From a virus (Duplodnaviria > Caudoviricetes): DNA of 33,208 nt. The translations under genes and the position numbers were made by a program. Numbering within the stretch: the first letter of the stretch is position 1; every line of letters begins with the position of its first letter. Below, piece after piece: positions 25,557 to 33,208 of the stretch. The DNA is taken from IMG/VR virus record IMGVR_UViG_3300030207_000967, positions 1 through 33,208 of that record; one strand, written 5' to 3'. The notes beneath the pieces are model-generated. The model was given only the letters and a program-made list of their open reading frames with translations. It made no database searches and was not told where the DNA came from.

Positions 25557-26232
25557 CTGGATTCTCCTTATAAAGATTGTCGAAGACACGATTAACATCC
25601 AAAGTATAGTCCAAATCAGATTTGCTGTAGTGTACCCACTGAGAAGGACGAAACTCCGGTGCTCCTTCCCCTGCCTCAAACCACGCAGGGTGCGTAACTC
25701 TTACACGATTATTTGGTAGAGCCACAATATTTCCTGTCCATTCACCTGCATCCAGAAGTTCTAGAACATGAGACTGCTTGTGTTGAGCAGGGTCATCTCC
25801 TATTTCCGAATCTGTATAATCGACAGTGAAATAATATTTTGCAGGGAAAAACTCCCCATCAATTTTTGCTAACCACGGACACGGTGTACACCTATCCAAA
25901 ACGTAAACACTATGAGTTCTAGAAGAACAATCCCACGGTTGGGCATCGTGGGTTGCCATCGGCTCAGGCCAATCTTCTAACGGTGTATCACCGACTAACG
26001 CTGTTATTGGCATTCTCGCCCACATAGCACCGCCGTGAACATTTGGTTCATCGGTATCGTAAGTTTCTGCACCTGTAAAAATTAATTGGAAACTGAGGCT
26101 ACGGCATGGAATTGTCGTTACTGCAATCGCCATAGCATGGATAAATTCACCGTGAAATTGTTGATGGTTGTAAGTGTACTCTCTTCGCACCCAACATTTG
26201 AAGTGCGGAATATTACTCTGCAAAAATGCCAT
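25462..26232 (-). CDS. Conserved phage protein of unknown function (Trp/His/Cys-rich, beta)
   Basis: 256 aa: 'GGAMWARMPITAL', 'QPWDCSS', 'YYFTVDY', 'QHKQSHVL', 'GNIVALPNNRVR'. Confidence 0.75.
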   Translation of the reverse strand: MAFLQSNIPHFKCWVRREYTYNHQQFHGEFIHAMAIAVTTIPCRSLSFQLIFTGAETYDTDEPNVHGGAMWARMPITALVGDTPLEDWPEPMATHDAQPWDCSSRTHSVYVLDRCTPCPWLAKIDGEFFPAKYYFTVDYTDSEIGDDPAQHKQSHVLELLDAGEWTGNIVALPNNRVRVTHPAWFEAGEGAPEFRPSQWVHYSKSDLDYTLDVNRVFDNLYKENPDGLQTEHGQHEGSTKSKKAIRRSKKRIDGKS

Positions 26233-26256
26233 GTTTTAAGTTCTACTCTTTGTCAG

Positions 26257-28794
26257 TTATGGTTGCGGGTCTGGGTCAATTCCTGTTCCAGTGGATACTC
26301 GTACCTTCTCACCCGTAGCCATTTCAGCAGCTGCGAGTAATTTAGCTGTCTCGTTGTCTGACTCATTCATTCGTTCTCTAGCGGCTAAATCCTCAGCCTT
26401 TCTTCTGTTTTCGTTCTCTTGTTTGATAGCTTCAAGGTCAAATTTAGCCTGACGATCTGCAATGTCATTCTCTATTTTAGCCGCTTCAAGCTGGTCTTCA
26501 TTCATCATTTCAGTGGCTTTTAGCTCCATTTTATCCTTTTCAAGCTGCATTTTCGCCTGAAGTTCCATCTGATCTTGTTGAATCTTAGCTTGATCTGACT
26601 GAGCACGTTGTTGAAGCGTCATTTGTGCAATTTCGAGCGATTTATCCTGTGGCATAGGCGGTTGTGGGGCATATTTCTGCGCTTCGGCAGTCATTTGCGC
26701 TAAATCTTTGCCAAAATTGCCTAATTGTTGTTCAATAAATTGTTGAACTTGCATAATTACGGTGACTTCGTCCGATGCTTCTTTTTGAACCAAATTTTGA
26801 GCTTGTGCTTGTTGCACTGCCGTGTGTGCTTCGACCAAATAGTAGTTCAAAAGATGATCCCGTAAGTGAATAGCCATAGGATACAGAAAATTTGGCATAA
26901 TTGCAGGGTTCGCACCGAACAGTGGAGATTTCAGGAATGGCAAATGAGTCATCATATGTGCCAAATGGTCCTGTTCTGGGAGAACGTATACGGGTCTGCC
27001 CAGTGCAGCCGCCACATTTTCACTCACGGGGTCAAGGTTTTCCGTTCCCGGTGGGTCAACTAACACCTCTGAGTCAGGAACTTTCATAACTCTCAGGAAC
27101 ATTTCCTCGACTTTGCGTGCATCATACATCTGAGGCATCAACCGAGCACGTTCCATGATAGCTTGGATCTGCGCGAAACGTTGTGTTTCACTAAAAATAG
27201 CTGGATCACTGACAGGAATAACGTCCATTGGACCGTCAAAGTCGGCTGGTTCTATCTCAAGACCAGCTTCATTACCCTGTAGATCTTCATCCACCATGTA
27301 AGCACTATTGATTCTGTGTAGAATCTTAAAACATCGCTCCATAGATGAATGTAAACGTGAGTGAATAGAACTGAATACCACCATTCCCTGTTCAATTAGG
27401 GCCATTGTGGTACCAACTGGCATATTTGGATTTGTATCACTGAGCTTTTCAAATGATGTTTGTACAACACCACGGCCCGCGTCTACTAAAAATCCAAGTA
27501 ATTGAAACAATGTTGGACTTGGACCACTGAACGGAAGAGGCATCGCAATTTTGCGGATGTCATCAACCATTGCACCACCTTCGATTTCTGCTATTTCGGT
27601 AGGTTGCAAGCTAATTGTTTGTCCACTTGGACCACCCTTGAGCTTTAACATCGTTGGTATGTTCTGAATGTGAGCACTATCCATCAATGCCCTCAGTGCT
27701 CCGGTTGCAGCGCCACTCAAACCACCAATCATCTGGGTCAAACCGATAGGATAAGCACCACGCCACGGAACAAATGGAAACTCTACGATCCAATCCAACT
27801 CGTTCTTCATTTCATCGTCTGCTTCCCAGTTACGGTACAGCGACAATGCTTTGTTGGTGGTTTTGTCTATGGTCAGGATATACGGCTCTAACCCATCGTC
27901 AAAATCCATAAACGTATAGATTTCGAAAATAGTTCTCAAACCGTCCTCGTTGTAGCTACTTTCTTGCTTACCTTCGATCTTATCGTTGGCAGTTGTTGCC
28001 TTACTAAACTCTGGCTCGTTTGGATAACCAAGATCGACATCAATATACATACCGGATTTTACCCGTCTTTCGTATTCCATCTTGGTGATATACTGAACGT
28101 GAGTCTTACGTTCTGCGGTATAGAAGTTCGTTGCAGCAAACGGTAAATACACATCGTCAATGGGGATAAACTCTGATTGAGGTTTACGATGCAAACTATC
28201 CCACATAAATTTCATGTACTGACCACCACCCAATGGGAGTTGGGTACTAAGTTGTTCTAGTTCAGCACGAAACTCAGGCATCTGTTCCGTAGTTTGCCAG
28301 TTCATAAAGTCTGTCTTCCGTCTGGCTTTTTCTAGCTTGTCTGGTGTTTGTTCACCTTGGACTTTACTTTTGACAGGTCCGTTCGACGGAAACGCTTCTT
28401 TCATAAATCGTGCGGAAAAGTCAACGCACGCTTGGATTAACATTGGATGTACCACACGGTTAGCACCCTCGAATTGTGCTCCACCCGGTGCGTCATCACC
28501 AAGTCCAGTGCGTTGCAAACCTAATTCGTATTGTTTGTCGCGTTTCTCTCTGGACTCTTTGTCTTTCGATATCTTGTCTACTAGATCAATGATTGCCGTG
28601 TTGAGTTTATTCTGGTCTACCTCTTCGACAATATTAGCAAAATGTGCAAGCCTTTGTTCTTGGCTCAACTCCATTTCTTCGAGACGAACAAAAGCACCAC
28701 CGTCTTCTGTTTCTTCAACCTCTGCTAACTCATTTGGGATAGCGACAGTTTCGCCTTGCTGTTCTTCTTCCATCATTGTTTCGTCAGACATCAT
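26257..28794 (-). CDS. Portal protein
   Basis: 845 aa: 'FEGANRVVHPML', 'GPVKSKV', 'DFMNWQ', 'F.PWRGAYPIGL', 'PVGTTMALIEQG.VVFSSIHSRLH', 'DVIPVSDP'. C-terminal coiled coil. Confidence 0.9.
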   Translation of the reverse strand: MMSDETMMEEEQQGETVAIPNELAEVEETEDGGAFVRLEEMELSQEQRLAHFANIVEEVDQNKLNTAIIDLVDKISKDKESREKRDKQYELGLQRTGLGDDAPGGAQFEGANRVVHPMLIQACVDFSARFMKEAFPSNGPVKSKVQGEQTPDKLEKARRKTDFMNWQTTEQMPEFRAELEQLSTQLPLGGGQYMKFMWDSLHRKPQSEFIPIDDVYLPFAATNFYTAERKTHVQYITKMEYERRVKSGMYIDVDLGYPNEPEFSKATTANDKIEGKQESSYNEDGLRTIFEIYTFMDFDDGLEPYILTIDKTTNKALSLYRNWEADDEMKNELDWIVEFPFVPWRGAYPIGLTQMIGGLSGAATGALRALMDSAHIQNIPTMLKLKGGPSGQTISLQPTEIAEIEGGAMVDDIRKIAMPLPFSGPSPTLFQLLGFLVDAGRGVVQTSFEKLSDTNPNMPVGTTMALIEQGMVVFSSIHSRLHSSMERCFKILHRINSAYMVDEDLQGNEAGLEIEPADFDGPMDVIPVSDPAIFSETQRFAQIQAIMERARLMPQMYDARKVEEMFLRVMKVPDSEVLVDPPGTENLDPVSENVAAALGRPVYVLPEQDHLAHMMTHLPFLKSPLFGANPAIMPNFLYPMAIHLRDHLLNYYLVEAHTAVQQAQAQNLVQKEASDEVTVIMQVQQFIEQQLGNFGKDLAQMTAEAQKYAPQPPMPQDKSLEIAQMTLQQRAQSDQAKIQQDQMELQAKMQLEKDKMELKATEMMNEDQLEAAKIENDIADRQAKFDLEAIKQENENRRKAEDLAARERMNESDNETAKLLAAAEMATGEKVRVSTGTGIDPDPQP

Positions 28795-31700
28795 ATGCCT
28801 CCAGTATCTGATCAGCCATCATGTCAACTTTTTTGGCGTTGTAAACCCCACCCTTGGCAAATCGTAACTTTCCTTGAACTCCAATAAATTTTTCATCCGT
28901 CTGTGGATCATATCTTCCACCAAGTCGGACATCACCTTGATCTGTTTGATAGGTTATACCACCCTCGATTGGGCCTGCACCTATGGCACCTTGGAATGGA
29001 TTGTTAAGTATCCTTCCAGCACCGCCTTGCAGACTTACTGATCCATCAACAATTAAATTATCGTTTATATTTTTAACAAGACCGAGTTGTGCAAAACCTT
29101 CTAACTGGTCTCTCGTTATTTCTTTTTTAGAAATTTTTTCTCCATCCCAAAACGGAACATCAAAAACATTTCTACCGCCTCGCACTTCTAATCCTCCAGT
29201 AGCTCTGGCATCAAAGACATTGTCGGCAACTTTATCAATGAAAGACATTTGATCAAATTGCATATCCTCTGGCATGGAATCTATTCCTTCACCAAATATG
29301 CGGTCCATTTCGTCTTCTATAGATTCATTTGAAACGTAATACCCTAATCTTCCTGAAACGCTTCCACCTTCTTGATAGCCTTTTTTCTGCAAATCCGACA
29401 AATACTCTTCTGTAATTTCTTGCGTTGGTAAGCCCTCTCCTTTTATGCCTCTTTTCGCTGACATACCATAAAACGCTCTATTGAATCCTTGCTTGTTCTC
29501 TGGGTTCGTTTGTTTCCTTAGTTCAAATTTTTGTCGCATCTTTTCCATAAATTGCGGAAATGCATCTTCAAAAGGAACACCCTCGAATGCCCCTTCTTTT
29601 GCTTCACCTGTAAGAATTTGTGGATATCCGGGATGCACGGACGGGTTGTAGAAGGTTTTGTTATCAAGGGAAAAAGCATATGGTCCTACAGTCATTGACT
29701 GCACATCCGGTTCATCGGATTTTTTAATTCTTAATTCTGGACCCAATAACTCTGGTTCTACGGTGTCGCGGAGTATCTCTTCCGTATCTATTATTCTAGA
29801 TTTCTCGCCACCCATTGGAACAGCTTTGGGTAATTCACCACGACTGATTTTTGCTACAGTTTCAGGTTCAAGTTGCACAGATTGTCCTCTAATCATACGG
29901 GAAATACTTTTTCTTTGTACAAAAGTTCCAACCTCTTCAATCATATCCCAAATTAAAGGGTCTCTTATATCCGCACCTTCTGGAAATCCAAGTAGCTTGA
30001 GATTATGGTTTATCTTTTTAGCTTGCTCTTTTGGTAGCTTTCCCTCAGCTACCGCTTTTTTAAATCTATCGGTAAGTCTTTCGAAAACAACGGGATTACT
30101 CATATGTTGAATGTCTGTACCCAAAAGTGTAGTCCAAATGAGATTAGTCCCAAGATCACCTTCTTTGAGGTTTTGATTAATCAATCTACTCGCTGTTCCT
30201 TGCTCCATGACACCCCACGCGGGGTCTCCGAAGTCTTGTGACATCTTTAACGCATCTTCAGGTTTGATAATTTTACGATCAGCTAACTTTACACCAGACT
30301 GATCAGCCATTTTTTTAAGCTCTGGTCCTATGTGAATAAAACCCGGACCGCCCCCAATCTTTGTTGCACTCCTGTCTGCCTCTGTAACGACCAATTTCGT
30401 TGAACCTTCTAAATCCATGTCACCTAAAAACTCAGACAACGGCTTGGCTTTTTTTGCCTCGATTTTTTTTCTTGCTCTGTCGTAAGCTACTTGCCTACCT
30501 CTTTCGGTGGGGTTACCATCTTTGTCGAAGAATGTTCCTATTTTTTTTGGACCTTTACCGCCTCTACTCTCTGCACCCTTAACAATTTCTTCGGCACGGC
30601 TCTCGACAATGTTTGGATCGTATTCTTTCATAACACTTCGTGTCATCTCACGCCTCGGTCCAGCGGTAGCTGTCCGACCAAACGGTATCATGCTCACACC
30701 CATCATCCCAGCCATTGCCGTTGCTTTAGCAATCTCATCATCGCTTAATAGTTTTATGATAGTCTGCCCCATCTCTCGTAATTCTTGTGGGGCTGTAGGA
30801 CGGATGGCTTCAATCAGATCAATATAGTTGACAACACCGTCATCATTTAAATCCGCAATGCTCGATCTCTGTTTGGTTACTTCTCTTTGAAAATCTCTTT
30901 CGTCCATGCCCAAGTCAAGCTCGACTGAACCACCCTCGGCATAAGTTACATCGGTTAGAAAATCCTCACGCATCTTGTCCGTAATGTCCATTCGCCAATC
31001 ACCGTTCGGTGTCTGGTATGGTTCTACGCCATACTTCTTGCCGATCTTCTTGGCTTCCTTGACCATCACGGTGTCGTATAACTGTCTCGGACCCTCAGCT
31101 AAATTTCTAGCTTTGCTCTTTGATGTTTCAGGCAAAGTGAAATCGTGAACGACAGGTTTATCAAATGCAAAACCAAACTCTGCATCGGTGCCATAATTCG
31201 GACTATTATTGTAAGCGTCAGCTACTTCATTTCCATAATTATCACGCAGCCATTTAACTTCTCCATGCTCCAAAGCAAATTGTGGCACTTCGTCAATTAT
31301 TTCTTCTTCTTTAACTGGATCATAATATTCAATTTCTCCCTTAGCAGGGGAATATCTAAAAGATTCAATGTGCTTAACATGACCACGAACACTTGCCGAT
31401 TGATTTCCACTCATCCAACCAATCGCATCGTCAGCATTATCAACACCCTCATTGATTAATCGTTGCATTGCTAACTTGGGCCACTCTTTTAAAAATGGAA
31501 AGTTCTTAGGCACACCCGGTGGCGTAACTATTCGATTTAAAAATCTTTGTTTTATTTCCAACCGATCACGCTCATAGAACAAATTTGCAACTTTTGTCTC
31601 CGCATCTCTGAGGGCATAAAAATCCCCTTTCATTCGGTATTCTGGCATAAATTGCTTTGCTAGGTTGATATCCTCTGTAATCTCTTCTATTTCTTCCTGT

Positions 31701-33208
31701 AGTTTTTCTTGTAGTTTGGGTTTGTTACCAAGAGTTAGTTTTTCGTTATCTAGTTCACGAAAGGCACGTTGTATGTTTTCGTAAATCGCATCCTGAACCG
31801 CCTGTCTATCTCCATACGCACCCGATATAATCTCGTAAGTGCGTTTGTTTTCAGGATTACGGACAATCGCATCGTTTATAACTATTTCTAAATTTCTTTT
31901 GTCTCTTTCTAGTCTGGGCGAACTCAAATCTATTTCAGTGTTGAGATCGAACTCGCCATATTGAGCTTTCGCTATTGCAGTATCCGATTGCATCTCTTCA
32001 GCAAACGTCACGTTCTTCGGCTCTTCCATTCCCTTCTGGCCCGGAATAGCCTTATCTTGAAATCTATCACTCCGTATATGGAATATTGTGTTCTCATACC
32101 CATCGTAGTGTGGATTCGGCAAGTTGAAATAATTGCCACCTTGTGTGCGTATATTTTCTTTTTGATATTGAACTGCCATCTCCGGAGTGAGTCCTACAAT
32201 CAACTCTTGATACTCATCCGAGTCGATAGGATCATAATCTGGAGAAATCGACCTTGGTCTTCTCATGGTTGTTGCATATTCTGGAACAACACCCGTGTCA
32301 TCGAATTTTAATAGTTCCTCTCGAATTGCACCAGACTTCGGCATTCTTCTTTGCAACGCTTTCTGTAGGTACTCTGTCGTGACAGTATCGTCAGGTTTTT
32401 CACCAGCCATCTCCTGTAGCTTGGCTTGATATCTTACGTCTTCAAGTTCCGGTTCAATGAACTGCTTCTCAGTTGGGCTGATGTCCTCAGTGAGTTTTCT
32501 TACCTGACCCACCGTCATTTTTTGTTGTGGACTGCTACCGAGTCTTTCTCCAAGTCGGCCCTTGTAACTCGCAGCTTCTAACACAGAAGTGTCGGGTAGC
32601 TTCTGTCCAACTTCCTGTAAGAAACTCTTGATCGGTCTGCCTATCGTGCTTGTAGCAAACTTCGCCCCCGGAATGTAATCGGCAGCCATCAACGTACCCA
32701 AGCCAGCCATCGCCATGCCCTTTGCAATGTCACCCTGACTGATGTTACTGCCAGCTTGCTTTAATGCCCCAGCAATCTCGGTTGGGTAAGACGGACGCAA
32801 GAACTCATAGGCATCAATGATATCAATATAACCATCGTCGTTCAGATCCGCTAAAGCTCCACGTTGTTGCGTTACTAAACGATCACCCATTGCCTCGGAT
32901 AGTGGGTCATCTCCCGTCACACCAAGTACGCGACCACCCTCGTTCCACTTGACCTTGTTCGCCCAGTACGCTGCCGATGTCGGACCCTTAGCAATATTCT
33001 TTGCGTGTCTAGCCTTGAACGACTTACGTCTGGTCTTTTGTTTTTTGGATTCGCCTTTCTTGGGCTTGCCTGCTGTGCTCACACCTTGTTGACCAAATCT
33101 AATTAGTCTTTCGGTGCCATTGTCGTTGATCTTTACAACGTGAGATTTGGTTGGGTGGTTAGGCGTGCGTCTCGGTTTGTTTAATTGCAAACTATCTTTG
33201 AGAGACTT
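28784..33208 (-). CDS. Large modular (polyvalent / polyprotein-like) protein, 5'-truncated
   Basis: The frame stays open from the track's TTG at 33190 to the window edge (KSLKDSLQLNKP...), so the true start is probably outside. Four aromatic-x-x-GG junctions and a duplicated DLNDDG leader. Confidence 0.8.
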   Translation of the reverse strand, partial: KSLKDSLQLNKPRRTPNHPTKSHVVKINDNGTERLIRFGQQGVSTAGKPKKGESKKQKTRRKSFKARHAKNIAKGPTSAAYWANKVKWNEGGRVLGVTGDDPLSEAMGDRLVTQQRGALADLNDDGYIDIIDAYEFLRPSYPTEIAGALKQAGSNISQGDIAKGMAMAGLGTLMAADYIPGAKFATSTIGRPIKSFLQEVGQKLPDTSVLEAASYKGRLGERLGSSPQQKMTVGQVRKLTEDISPTEKQFIEPELEDVRYQAKLQEMAGEKPDDTVTTEYLQKALQRRMPKSGAIREELLKFDDTGVVPEYATTMRRPRSISPDYDPIDSDEYQELIVGLTPEMAVQYQKENIRTQGGNYFNLPNPHYDGYENTIFHIRSDRFQDKAIPGQKGMEEPKNVTFAEEMQSDTAIAKAQYGEFDLNTEIDLSSPRLERDKRNLEIVINDAIVRNPENKRTYEIISGAYGDRQAVQDAIYENIQRAFRELDNEKLTLGNKPKLQEKLQEEIEEITEDINLAKQFMPEYRMKGDFYALRDAETKVANLFYERDRLEIKQRFLNRIVTPPGVPKNFPFLKEWPKLAMQRLINEGVDNADDAIGWMSGNQSASVRGHVKHIESFRYSPAKGEIEYYDPVKEEEIIDEVPQFALEHGEVKWLRDNYGNEVADAYNNSPNYGTDAEFGFAFDKPVVHDFTLPETSKSKARNLAEGPRQLYDTVMVKEAKKIGKKYGVEPYQTPNGDWRMDITDKMREDFLTDVTYAEGGSVELDLGMDERDFQREVTKQRSSIADLNDDGVVNYIDLIEAIRPTAPQELREMGQTIIKLLSDDEIAKATAMAGMMGVSMIPFGRTATAGPRREMTRSVMKEYDPNIVESRAEEIVKGAESRGGKGPKKIGTFFDKDGNPTERGRQVAYDRARKKIEAKKAKPLSEFLGDMDLEGSTKLVVTEADRSATKIGGGPGFIHIGPELKKMADQSGVKLADRKIIKPEDALKMSQDFGDPAWGVMEQGTASRLINQNLKEGDLGTNLIWTTLLGTDIQHMSNPVVFERLTDRFKKAVAEGKLPKEQAKKINHNLKLLGFPEGADIRDPLIWDMIEEVGTFVQRKSISRMIRGQSVQLEPETVAKISRGELPKAVPMGGEKSRIIDTEEILRDTVEPELLGPELRIKKSDEPDVQSMTVGPYAFSLDNKTFYNPSVHPGYPQILTGEAKEGAFEGVPFEDAFPQFMEKMRQKFELRKQTNPENKQGFNRAFYGMSAKRGIKGEGLPTQEITEEYLSDLQKKGYQEGGSVSGRLGYYVSNESIEDEMDRIFGEGIDSMPEDMQFDQMSFIDKVADNVFDARATGGLEVRGGRNVFDVPFWDGEKISKKEITRDQLEGFAQLGLVKNINDNLIVDGSVSLQGGAGRILNNPFQGAIGAGPIEGGITYQTDQGDVRLGGRYDPQTDEKFIGVQGKLRFAKGGVYNAKKVDMMADQILEAYDV

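Noticed and set aside
1327-32311. All plus-strand ORFs in the track (e.g. 15075-15695, 28337-28867, 29658-30110, 8309-8767)
   Set aside because: They are antisense shadows of long, coupled minus-strand genes, with no recognisable motifs.
33188-33190. TTG start given by the ORF track for the giant protein
   Set aside because: No SD upstream and the frame is open to the window edge, so the true start is probably outside.
28784-33208. Giant protein as virion RNA polymerase or terminase
   Set aside because: No DxDGD or T7-type polymerase motifs and no Walker A/B. DLNDDG fits a calcium loop instead.
1-33208. tRNA, rRNA, integrase, transposase or lysis genes
   Set aside because: None recognised. 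Intergenic gaps are too short for RNA genes apart from the elements reported.

Overview
A 33 kb segment of a tailed dsDNA bacteriophage genome. It looks like the virion morphogenesis operon of a podovirus-like phage of the uncultured aquatic type (inferred; no host can be assigned). All credible genes are on the minus strand and tightly coupled. Read right to left: a 5'-truncated >1468-aa modular protein, portal, three small or conserved hypotheticals, a GroES co-chaperonin, scaffold, a conserved hypothetical, a cement/minor capsid protein and a Mu-gpT-like major capsid protein followed by a terminator and a structured RNA element. Next come a decoration protein, a structural protein with a cupredoxin-like tail, two small very basic proteins, an adaptor ring protein, a Zn-finger-like protein, fibre proteins, three paralogous propeller-carrying spike proteins, a second adaptor, a fibre-base protein, a nozzle-like protein, a GNAT and three ejection-type proteins (the last cut by the window edge). 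The most striking unexplained structure is a short [aromatic/Met]-x-x-G-G motif. It recurs at apparent domain junctions in five probably internal proteins and divides the giant protein into cassettes. Two cassettes begin with a duplicated EF-hand/dockerin-like leader and one looks like an outer-membrane beta-barrel. This suggests a tag-directed cargo packaging and/or polyprotein processing system. Family assignments come from motif recognition and gene order, not database searches.
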